Both the position numbers and the translations under genes were made by a program. The notes beneath the pieces were generated by a model. The model saw only the letters and a list, made by a program, of their open reading frames with translations. It had not been told where the DNA came from and did no database searches. DNA of 64,000 bases from Raillietiella orientalis (Eukaryota), in NCBI GenBank assembly GCA_036172245.1, contig JAYWIR010000044.1, forward strand, positions 806,001 through 870,000, given 5' to 3'. Each line of letters opens with the position of its first letter. The stretch's first letter is position 1. Positions 11,501 to 23,500 of this stretch are shown in pieces.

Positions 11501-14500
11501 AACCGTCCGTCCGCATTAGCGACTTAGAGGTGTCGGCAGTCTGCGGAGAGCGGTGCAGCGCGAACCTTCTGGTCCTCCCGGGGCCTTACGAGAGTTCCTC
11601 ACGCGCGCGCACTCCGCTTCCCTCCCTCCTCTCCTTCCCTACCGTCGTTCCCCGGAACGAAGGAAAGAAAAGAACAGGCACGAGGTCCGATTCTTCGTCG
11701 CTCGCTCACGATTCCTCCTCGTAATTTATTTCCTTCCTATCCGGGACGCAGCTCAGATAGCGGCAGCGTTGGCCCGTGGTATCCTCTCGCCGCTCCCATT
11801 GTCCGTGGTCGGTGACGCAAGTTGCTGCGACCGCGCCATGATGGATGTTCACTGTTGCCGAGCGCGCGCGTCTTCGCCGTTCGGTAAATCCCCTCTTGTC
11901 ATGGGCACGTCTTGGGTGCACGGGGAGCGACCGCAGGATAGAAGGCTCGGCCAGATTGCGAAATCTCGCCCTCGGGAAATGGGAGAGGGAAAGGGAAGGT
12001 AGGTCTTCCCGTAACGGGAAAGAAGGGGGGGGGGCCACTTGGCGCTGCCTTCCCCGCTGCCGGCAGAAGGAGGAACAGCCCGGGCGACTCGGGAAGAGCC
12101 GTTTGATGCGCGTCGCTCCGCAGCTGAAGGCGAGGTCGTTCGCGAAGCGCCCGCGAGAGAACTCATCTCGTGCCCGCCCACCTCTCTTCCCCCCCCTCCC
12201 CTCTCCCAACAGCAGCGCCGAATCCTCTGTGGATGCGCGCGCACGGGGGGGGGGAAAGGTCACCCTCGGAAGCTCGGGCGAGCGACTCACGTCGTTGAGA
12301 GGGTCGCCGACCTCTTGCGCTTCCCACGCGGGAGGCTCAGAGCTCGGTTGGTCACCGAGGATGAGGTTGCGCGTGTCTGTGCAGACCGAAGACCACGACC
12401 GGAAAGCTGACCTGAGGACTCGACCGACAGGCAGCAGCGAAGCTGCCCTGAGGACGTTTGCTCGCCGCCCTTCGCGGAGTGCGCTACCGTCGCGCGTGCG
12501 CTTCCTCCATCCGTCTCCCGGTGGCGCTCGCATCCGCACAGGAGACCGCGGGTCGGAGGCAATCATGTACGTGTGACCTAGGCAATCATGTACGTGTGAC
12601 GCCGTTTCCAGGGAGATCAGCAGTCCGTGCTGCAGGAGCTCTTCGCGTTCGTGAAGAACGGCGACAGCAAGGGACTGGTCAGCTTCGTGTCCCAAGGGCG
12701 CAAAGGCGCTGTCGACCTGGACACCGCCAATGAGGTGAGTATTTCCGTCCCTCCCCCCCGAACTCGGATCGCCCCTTCTCTCCTTCCTCTTTTCCTTCTC
12801 CCGTCTCCCCGAGGACTATGACGTCATACAAACGGAAACCCGACCGGTGGTGCTGTCCCCTGCCACCACCACTACCTTCCGTACAGCCGCCTCCTCTGCG
12901 GCGCGCTAGGTGCTCACCTTCCCGGACGCGATTCCACTCGCCTGCCCTTTCCTTCCGTTTCCATGGACACCCCTTCGTCTCCTCTGAGCAGGTTTTCCTT
13001 GGAGGATCGGTAGAGGGAGACAACTCACTACTCCAGGCGGGGAGTGTCCCCGAGGAGGAAGGACGGCTGCCGTGACAACTGCACCGTTACCGCACCGCCC
13101 TCTTGGCAGTGGCATCTTTCTCCTCTTCCTCCCCTTCCTCCTCTTCGGAAGCAGATCGGTAGATATCTGTCCCGGGAGCCACTGCCGCCCCGGCATCTGC
13201 TCAAAGCACGGACTCGCCCGAGAGCGGATCCGAGGGGTCGTTACTGCGACTCCAGCGGCCGCACACCCCGGCCCATTTGGGTCGTGGCCCCTTGCCGAAC
13301 TATCTCCAGGAATGGTCTTTCCTTGCCAGGACTCCCGAGGTCCGCCGGCGCACAGCGCTGCCGATACCTTCCACTCCCCGTCCCTTCGAGTATCCATGAC
13401 TACGGCCCCTCTGCTCCTCCTCTTCTTCTCTCCATCTGTCCCCTTCACTGGGCGAAGAGCGCGCTTCCCGTCCGCCCCTATGAGCTTCGCCGTAGCATCT
13501 GCATACCCTGTCTCCTCCACGCCCGCATTGCACAACACGCGATGCTCGCCGTTTCCAGGGAAATCCCGTTCCTCGCACGTCTTGGCGCGCGTCCACCTGC
13601 CTCTGCTTCCTCCTTCCGCCTTTCTTGTCCCCTGTACAGAGGTCTTCCTCTCCTCCGCACCGACTCGCGGACGGGGACGCCGTCACCAGACGACGAGACC
13701 GCGCCGGCGCGGCTCCCTCGCCGAGCAGCACCGCCGTCGGCTTTTCGCTGCCTTCGAATCTCCCTCTGCTCCCGTCCCGGCTGGGAGCCCGATGCGGGAG
13801 GCTCACTCCCGGTCCTCCTCCTCCGTCTCTCCCAGCAACCACGCCGGAAGGCGGACGGTCCCTTATCTCCCCGCTCGTCACCGTCTCTGCCCGCGGCTGC
13901 CGAACCGCCTCGCTGCGGCGCTTCCGCCGTCTCTCCCTCCGTGGACAGTGGCGGCAACTGATGAGACGGCTGACGCGCAACGGACCAGCCCTCTGGACCG
14001 CGTCCCGTCGCGAGCGCTTCGAGCACAGCTGGCAGGGAAATGCTGACGTAGCTTCGGGATCGCTGGACCGGATTTTCTGGATTCTGGGCGCCGAGTCCGA
14101 CGGAGGCGAGCAGGCCGTCTGGCGTCGGCGCGGTCCAGGAACGGCGGCAGCACCACTTCCCCGCGATTCTCTTCGCGGCGTGCGCCGTTTTTCCAGGGAG
14201 CTGCCGCTACCGGAGCTGGGGCTTCGTCCGGGTGTGACGTCACTCCTCTGTCCGCCGGGCTGCACTCAGGACAGCGATTCGGAGATGCGCATCGGCTGGT
14301 CCGCCAGCAGAGGGACAGCAGCACCGAATCCAACGCCTGCTTTCCGCTGTAACTGCGCACAGGAAACCATCGAGAACCTCGTTTTCGTGGGGATGGGCTC
14401 GCAGGAGAACAGATTCCTGCGGCGACCGCTTCAGATAGGCCGTCCGCTGCTGTTCGACTCCTCGAGGATCGAGCCACGAGCCTCCTCGACAGAGCACGGG

Positions 14501-17500
14501 CGGCGTGGATCGCAGTGGACGCTGAGGCGAAGAGAGGGTGTCAGTAGCGCGTGAACCACGCTGTCTTTCCCACCCCTCCGTTGCCACGGAGAAGCAAGAG
14601 GACACCGTAGCCCGCTCCAAATGACCAGGGGAATGTCCCTTTCAAGAGAGACTTCGGGAGGGGGATTCATCCAGGAACGGAATGGAATCCACAGCCAGTG
14701 GCGCCCCTAATTTGTCGCTCCGTCCGCGACTCCACCACGAAGCTCTCAGCCCGGAGTGGCCAGTGGTCATAACATGCCTCTGTTCCCTTGAGGCATGCAC
14801 TCAAGAAGGCTGCTTCTATCACTCACCTTTCCTCCTCCCTCCATCTGAGAGCAGGCGCGACAGCATGCCCCGCGGGTTTGCGCACCAGCTCGAGGACAGA
14901 CCACGGGGAGGAAACAGCGGGGATCCTAGGACGGGAAGAAGGTTCGCTTTCCCTCTAGGAGTTGTGCGCCTGCCCCTATGCCGCTCTTTACGTTTGGATT
15001 CCCCTATGCGGAGCGGTTAGCCTGACGCGGACCTCCCCGTGAAAGCGGCGAGTCGATCCGCATTGCCACAGACATCGCCGCCTCTCGGGGCGCTCCTTTA
15101 CCTCCGGCTTGCCAGTCCAATGGTGTCCCAGCCTTCAAGACACCGACTCGTGACCTTGCAATTTTTCGCCGAGTCGTCGCTTCGTGGGGCTGCCTGCTGC
15201 CTCCTCCCTGCTCTCCCTCTCCAGAATTCTCCTCTCCAGCGAGGGATCGACCGGCGGGAATGCGAACCCTTCTGTGTGGAGGAATAAGGCAGGACGTAGT
15301 TGCCGCCTCGCTCTGGAAAAAAAACCTCGTTCGCTCCTCGGCGTCGGCGCTCCTCTGCAGTCTTGCCTTGTCTCTCCCCCACACCGCAAGAAGGGGATCC
15401 ACCACCTCCACAAGGTGTAAGAGAGAATCACAGATGGCGCAAAAGATCCTTACATCTCCTCTTCCTCCTCCTCCTTCCTCCCTTAGTGTTCCTGTGAACT
15501 TCTTCCATCGACCCGGGAATGTCCCGGAATCTTGGCAGAGCCTCCCGGACAGCAAACACCCACCGCGTCCTTCTGGCGCCTCTTTACCCCACTCCCCGTC
15601 GTCCGTAACCGAAGAAGCATCTTGGCTCTTCCTTCTCCCTTCGTCTCTGCGAGAGGGCGCCACCTTCCTGCACCAGAAGGACTATCCGTTTGCAAGTCGT
15701 TCTACAAGTGCTCGCGCGAGGCGACTTCGAAAGAGAAGCACCTTTGCAGGTCCGTCTGTACTGATGCTCGCAAGGCCCTTCTCCGCCTTAGCATGTCGCT
15801 TTTCGAAACAACCAGGCGACAGTCTTGATCGCCGCCCCGCATTCTGTTTTGGAAAGATCGCTCCTCCATGCTGTGGCCTCATAGCCAGATAACGCACGCG
15901 AAAACATCAAAAGTATCACTCTTACCCGAGTGACTCGAGGCGCACGGCACCGCGGAAAAGAAATCACCAAAAAAGGCTGCTTTCGAAATGCTGGCCTGTT
16001 GTGATGTCCAGATTGGGAAACAGCGGCAGTTTCAGTGCAAACAACGGTTGCTCGTGGCAACCGCCTTAACGTAGGCTCCGTCGTTTAGCCGTCATCCCGC
16101 CGTTGTTGCATCAGGTATTGTTGGTTCTATTTATAGGCCCAGCATGAGTGCCTGCTTCAGCAGTCATCAGATTGTGCGAAACGAAGCCTTGCAAATTGAG
16201 GTGACCTTTAACGACGTCCGTTATTAGAAAACCGCTGGAAAATTCCTAAACGAGGAGACGAAACACGCGGTAATCAGAAAAGGAGGATCTGGGGTACCAA
16301 ATCGGGGAGCAGGAAGCCTGATGGTTTTCATTCCCTCGTTCCTTGCGACTTAGCTATACGGTCCATTGCGGCCCGGATGTTTTCTCGCGGTCACTTAAGG
16401 AGAGTTTACAGAGCGCCCGCAGTGGAAAGAGACTCGGCTTTCCGGATTTCCCTGGAAACTCGATTCAAGCAGGAGACTCGGGGAAAATGCCAGAAGGCAG
16501 CGAAGAAGCAGTTCGCACTTGAGGTGCTTACAAAAAGCGGCCTTGCTGGTGATTTCGCAGACGCTGCTGTAGGTTAGGACTCTTCGTGGGGAGAGGGCTG
16601 CAGATGCGGTGACAAAACCCATGGCCACGTTTTCACAGACGACGGATGAACTCTGGTCGCGTGCTCCTGGTCTCCCCGAACTGACCAGATTGAGTTTTCT
16701 CGTGACTGCCGCGCTCGGTGTCAGCCCGCGGCCTCCCTGCAGCATTGAACCAGCAGCGGCTGACTCCTTGGCTACATCCATCCCTGTGTTCCACTAGAAA
16801 CCAGTCTCCGCACCTTCCGCACACGGTACCACTTCTCCTATGGAAATGCTTCAACCCAAATGGAAAGTCTCACCTCTACTCACTCTTAATAAGTAAGCGA
16901 GTTTAAAGAAGAAAAAAGCAGCCCTCTTAGGTACCGCTGCGCTTCTCCGCGAAGGCAGATCTGACGTCGGCCGCTTTCAAGTGGCTCACTCTACATCGAT
17001 TCTGGGACGCTGTCACCACGGGCTGCCGCAGTCGACGATAACCTACTTTCCGTATACTCCCTTCCTCCCACCCACCCCCCTTCCGTCAGCCAGCGTATCA
17101 TGCTGTCCTCACGAGGGCACTTTATTGTTCCCAGCCCAACACTCGACCCTTTCCCCTCTTCTCCCCCCCAAATACTTGTGCTTATCGTATCAGCAGACCA
17201 CGGCGCTGTTTCCTCCAAATAAACATCTCCTCGAACCCTCCAGGTACCAACAAATGCCGACACTCGATTCAGGTGTTCCGGCGATGCGTTAGCGAGGCTG
17301 TGGCGCGGGCTGCGATGGAGTCTGCCGCGGAAAAGCCGGCACGCCAGCCGGCTGCTCCAGAAGCAGCGGAAGAATCGCGCGGCAGGGGTGTGGTGACGAA
17401 TGCCTTCCACCTAAGCTTCGTCTGATCCTCAAGGATGCGCATGCTCCCGTTCCTTGTCCCCCCCCTTATCCCCCTTCCTTGGAATCGTCAAGGCGTTCAC

Positions 17501-20500
17501 TGCAGGCTCCATTGCAGCCACAAGCTACCGCGAGGAAAAGGCTCGTCGGATTCAAACTTGAAATTAGGAGAGACGGCAGGCCTCACACCGGGTCTGTGCA
17601 AACAGCAATCCAGATGGATGGAACGTCGAGAAGAGCGTGTTCGCAAGACAGGGAAAGGGGTGGGAAATTCGATTTGCAAAGCAGCGGCAGGAGAGCAAAT
17701 ATTAGAATTAAAAGTTAGAAGTGCGGCCCTTTCCGGTCGAAGAGGCTCTTCGGACACGGGGACCCGCAAGAACTATCTTGCGAGGAAAGAACCCAGGGCC
17801 AAGGCACGCCGGCGTTCTGTGCTCCTCATCGATGTGTTGCGAACGCTGGCGCCGCCGCTCTGCGTCCGCGGCGTGCGTTCCAGGATGTGGTATGACCGTG
17901 GCAGGTGCTGCAAACGGCCGCGACTGCGCCAGCGGCCGCGAAACGAAGAGGCGCACGTGAGCTTACCGTCCCGCCGCCGCCGAGTGCGACTCCGCGTCGG
18001 CCTTGGCAACGCGGCGTTCCCCTGTCAACAATGCCTCGCTCGCCTCGCACCCGCCGGTGCCACCAGCGCCGCCACCGCGTGTTCGATCAGGGGCGCGTCT
18101 TTCGCACTCACAGCCAGGCGGCCCCCCTCAGCACGCGCGCTCACCATTCCGTCCGGGGAGGCACCTTCGCGCGACCCCACCTGCGCCCGGACGCGCCCTT
18201 GTGGGGCCTCTCCGCCACCCGTCCCACCATTCCCCGGCGAGCGCCGGGAGGGCAGAGGGATGTGGCGTCTCTCCAGCCGCGCGGTCCGAAACCAGGATCG
18301 ACGACGACGCCTCGCGCACGCAGGGCAAGTGAGGACAATGGGGAATCCGGGAGAGGAGAAGCAGCCCTTTCCTGGAGCCTCCCGAACGATGCTCCACCGC
18401 TGCCACCTACAGAGGAGAGAGTGTGGCCGGATGACCGCCTTTCCTGCATTTCCCGTCTTCTCCAAGCACCTACCGGAAACTACTACTCCTTTCAACTTTC
18501 CCCTCCTCCTCCTCTTTCCACTCCCTCCCTTACTCCTCCTCTTCCTGCTCTCCCTTCCTCGCCTCCTTCCTCCACCTCTTTGCTTCCCTTTCCCTTCCCT
18601 TCCTCCCCCTGCTCCCCCCTTCTTCCGTCCCTTTTCCTGCTTCCCGCGGAGCGCGTGTGGCCCAGCGACGGAGCTCGGGAATAATGAAAAGGGACGAAAG
18701 TCGATGAAGGGAGCTCGTGGCCTGGGAATGAAAGGGCGGGGGGAGAGGAGTGAGGAGTTTCACGAAACCTTCGCCCGTTCCGCATCTCGCGGGACGTTTC
18801 CTGTGGCGGGACCCCCGCCCACCCCTTTTTCCTTCTCCCCATCCTTCTCCCTCTCTCTTTGCTTGCGCCTTTTCCCGCTTTCCCGAAGAGGCAAGCACAG
18901 AGGTAGGGCTCCCGCTGCCGGGAGCGTGGCGTCGCAGCAGAGAGAGACAGCAGACGGAGATGACCCGCACCGTCTCTGCGCCTGAGGAGTCTCCAGCCGA
19001 CCGCTCTTGGGACGCCTCGTGTCGAGGGAGGGGCGGAGGGAGTGAGAAATTCTGTCTCCTCGGCAACCCTCCTCCTCATCATCATCACCGTTCCCACGGC
19101 GGCAGCGTCCTCTGCTTGCAGTACCAGGAAACCGCCTGCCACTTCGCCTCGTTCCTGGGGAAGGTCGACGTGCTGAGAGCGCTAGCCGAGCTGGGAGCCA
19201 ACCTGGACGTCCAGGACTCCAACGGGAACACCCCGCTGCACCTGGCCGTGCTAAACGACGACGTGCGCACGGCGCAGACCCTCCTGGAGCTGGGCGCCTG
19301 CGCCAACGTGCGCAATCACGTGAGTGGCCCCCTGTCCCGAGTGCTGGTGAACAGTCTCGTCCCGGCCCCTTCCAGGCGTCCTGCGCGCCGCTGCACCTGG
19401 CCGCGGGCAGGGGCTACGCCGAGTGCTGCGGGCTGCTGGTTGTTTGCGGTGGCGCGTTCGTCAACGCGGTCAACTCTCAGAGCCGGACGCCTCTCCTGGA
19501 AGCCCTGCGAGAGGGTCACGAGGACGCCGCGAGGGTCCTCCTGGACGCCGACAGCGAGGTCAACGCCGAGGACCAGGTGAGTCACGCGCTTCCCCGCGCG
19601 GCCACTCCGCCAAGAGTTCGCCAGCTGCCAGCAAGCTCAAGTGACTGCAGCCGGCGCCGTTGGTCAGAAACTATTCAGGGCCGGGTCTCTTCCTCTCTTC
19701 CTCTCCATCTTCCTCCTCCTCCTTCTCCTGATCATCATCATCATCATCCCTTCTTTTTCATTCTTCTTCCTCCTCTTCCTCTCTTGCTCCTCCAAGGCGG
19801 CAGAGGCTCCACGTGAGGCGCCGACCCGTAAACGGCGGGGTGGCTTCCCCAGGCTTCGAGGAGGACCTCTGCCGAGGCCTCAGTAGCCAGTCCATGGAAT
19901 GAAGCTCTCAGGAGAAAAAATCCATGGCAGTCGAAGAAACGAAATGGAGGTGCTGGGAGGAAGGGAGAGGAAAACCGACGTCTTCCTTGACCCTCCCTGT
20001 CGGTGATCGCTCAAGCGTCTTTCGGTCCGGAAATCATCCCTACGAACGACCATCTCCTTTCCAGGATGGCAACACCGCCTTGCACTTCGCGGTGAGGGCG
20101 GACCTGGTGAGCATCGTGGAGACGCTGTGCGCCCTGGGGGCCAAGACGGATGTCTTCAACCGGTTCGGATACTCGCCCTTGCACTACGCCGCCAAAATCG
20201 GGTCGGTGGACATGGTCAGGTGAGCGCTGGCCACCCCGTCGCGAGGGGCGCGCGACCGCCGCTCGCCAGGTGCCTCTGCCTGAACGGGTGCCTCATCACC
20301 ATCAAGAACAAGGAGGGCATCTCCCCGGAGATCTCCGCCTATGCCGACAACCACATAGCCCTGGCCGAATTCCTCAGCAAGCTGTCCAATGTGAGTAACG
20401 CTAACGCCCCTGCGCCATCCTTCCCGGCCCCACCTCTCCGCCTCTTTCCGCGTCCCTCCGGAAGCGGGAAGGACGGCTCTTCTTCTGCCCACCCATCTAC

Positions 20501-23500
20501 TCGTGGACCTGACCGTCGTCCTCCCGCTCCCCAGGACGACTTCCGGGAAGGGTGCATAAACCAGCTGAGGTCCAGCGACGAGCCGCTGCCCCGGGTGAAG
20601 GTCAAGATTTTCGGGGACGCCGGCTCCGGCAAGAGCAGCCTCCTCGACTCGCTCAAGTGGGGGAAGACGTTCAACATCTTCCGCTGGCGGCGCTCCAGCA
20701 CCAGCTCGGCGGGCAGCAACCTCTACCGCTACGGGAGCAGTGAGTGATCCCCTCCGGCCCGCGCGTTCGGCGCCAGATCCGCGCATCCCCAGACAAGTCG
20801 CCCGGGAGGAAGTCCTCAGAAGGCGAGGCGGCGCAGTCGGCGCGCCGGAACTCATGGTCCAACGAGAAGCAGAAGCCCGACCACTACACCAAGGGCATTT
20901 ACGTGGCCCAGTCGCAAGGCCACTCCCAGGGCAACTTCACCCTCTACGAGTTCTCGTCCCTGCCGACCTACTTCCAGGTCTACGACCTGTTCCTCGACGA
21001 CCTCCACAGCGTCCACCTGATACTCTTCTCGCTGGAGCTGAGCCCCGAGGCCGCCATGGAGAGCGTCACGTCCTGGGTGTGCTTCCTAAGGTCGCGGCTG
21101 CGCGTCACGGACCTTCAGGGTGACTGCCGACCCCGGCAACCCCCCACCGGGATGATACCGAGTGCGTTTCTGCCCCCAGGGGAGGATGCTCCTAAGCTGG
21201 CGCTGGTGGCGAGCCACGCTGACTTAGCAGGATGCCAGAAGGACGCCCATGGGCGGTATCTCTGCCCGTGGGCGGAGAAGATCTTCCAGAAGGTGCGCGC
21301 CGACTACCAGCACGTCTTTGACCTGGAGGACAGGATCTTCATCATCGACTCCAACAACACCGGGCACGTCGGCTTCCGCGAGCTGAGGATCTTCTTGTAC
21401 AACAAGAAGGAGCAGATCTGCGCAGTGAGGCTCGCAGCCGCGAGAGGGGGAAGCGCGCGCTGGAAGCGAGGCTGCCATCGACAGGGGCGTGGCTTTCGCC
21501 TCCAGGCCCAGGGAATTCCTGCCATGCAGGACGAGCACAGAGAAGGAAAGGGCCGCGCAGGGAACGCACGCACGCCTGCTCCTCGAGGGTGGACCGATCG
21601 CCACGGGGGGGAGAGAGGACCATGGTTGCCGAGAGGAACAGCTGTGCTCCGGCCGCGCTTCGACCCGCACAGGCAACCCGGCAGACTCCCGGGGATGGAT
21701 CCCAGTTCCGAGGCAGCTCAGCCTCGCGACCGCGAGAGGGAGTGACTGCAGTCTCTTCAACCATTCCTCTCTCCACTTCCTCCGCCACCACCACCACTCT
21801 CACCACTACTACTACCACCCTTCTACACCCAGTTGCACAACCGCAGCTATGAATCCCACCACCGTCACTCCCTTCCTCTTTCTCCTCTCCTGTCGCTGCA
21901 GATACTCCATCACAGCCCGAAACCCTGAGGTGTCGGATGCTATGACAACCATCCGCGCTGTCTGGAAGCTCGCTCGAGGAAGAGAATTCGGCCCCGCCCA
22001 GCACACCACCATCGTGCCTTCCCACTTTTCTCTCCCCTACGCTATCGCTTCCGGCGCGGATGTCCTGGTTTCCCTCGCGACCGGAAGCCCAGCCCCCGCA
22101 AGGGCGTCTCCGTGGACACGACTCCCTGAGTGTTCGTTTCCGTAGCAGCGGCAGCGCCTAGCCTTCCGTCGGATGCCTGCTCACACCACGGTCCCGCGTG
22201 CCCATTCCGGCAAGCTGCCCGACTTCCTGCTTAGCGGAATTCCACCTCAGAGAAGGCGGGAGGACGCATCATGTCTCCCGTCCGGTCGACTCTATGGACC
22301 ACGGGCGAAGCGTTGTCCCCCTGCAATGCTCGATGGCCATTGCCACTGCGGCTACCGCGCCACTTCCGCTGCCACCGCTTTTGTGCTTGTGACTCTGCAG
22401 CCACTTCGACTGTCGCTCTTTGTGCTCCTTGTGCTGCTGCAACTACTTCGACAGCCGCTACTGTCACCACTGCCGTAATGTCGGCCAAGAGGCTCGCTGC
22501 CTCGGAAGGCCGGAGGCCGCCTCCACCATCCGTCCCGAGGTATGCTCAAGGAGGCGATGAAGCGCCACCGTATCCTCGCCGCATCCTCACCTCCGCCGCA
22601 TTGCGGAGGACGGCAGGGCAGAAAGCGCGCAGTGGATGAGCCGCCGGCAGGGGTCGCGAAGAGGCGAGCTGAGGGCTGCTCGTTCGCGGCAGCCGCGTGC
22701 GCGTGGAGGGCGGGAAGCGCTTGCGGCCCTTAGTCGCCGTTGTCTCTCACGTCTTTCCTTCCTTGCGCCTTCCAGAACCTGCCGAAGGTGACCGGCCTCC
22801 TGGACAAGATCCTCTCTCTGCTCCCGACCTGGCGCAAGCGGCTCGCTAACAACCCTGTCGTCGAGGAGGGACACCTGATGGACATCGTCCGCAGGGACGT
22901 CAATCCCTTGGTCACTCAGAGGCACTTCAAGGACCTCGTTCTCCAGATGTCGGCCATGGGAGAGGTTAGGGCAGCGCCGCCGCCGCGCCGGGAGGAACGC
23001 GCGGGATGGACGAGTCGTGGAGGCCGTCGGGTCGAGCGCCAGGGGGGTCTGCCCACGGTGCTACCAGTGGGCACGCCGATGACGCGTGACACGGGCAGCG
23101 GCTCTGGACCTTCGTTTGCACATGCGCAACAACGCCGGTGCTCCTCCTCCCAGTCTCCAGCGGCTCCACAGGAGCCACGGCCTCTGCTGCCGTCGCGACT
23201 GCTTCTGCTGCTGCGTTTACTATCGTTACCAAAGCTGCTATTGCCGCTGCTGCTACTCCTGCCGTTATTACCATTGTCAGCAATGGCGACAACAGTACTG
23301 CTACTGGCATGCTTAATACTCTTACTGCTGCCATTACTGCATTGCTACTCCTACTGCTTTTAGTATTATCGCCATTTCTTTTGCCACTACTACTCTTGTT
23401 ACATCTATCTGATGATTACTATAGCTAGTGCTACTCGTGTTGCTGCTGGCACTACATACTGCTTCTGCTATTACTATGCACTAATGCTGGAGTTACCTCC

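Noticed and set aside
15391..15414. 24-nt micro-exon candidate (KGIHHLHK) after a pyrimidine tract
   Set aside because: Weak donor, and it would interrupt the ankyrin register between exons 12734 and 19122; unsupported without RNA data.
13044..18985. Many 300-500 aa ORFs inside the large DAPK-like intron
   Set aside because: Arg/Pro/Ser/Ala-rich overlapping frames on both strands, typical of GC-rich non-coding DNA; no ankyrin or kinase motifs.
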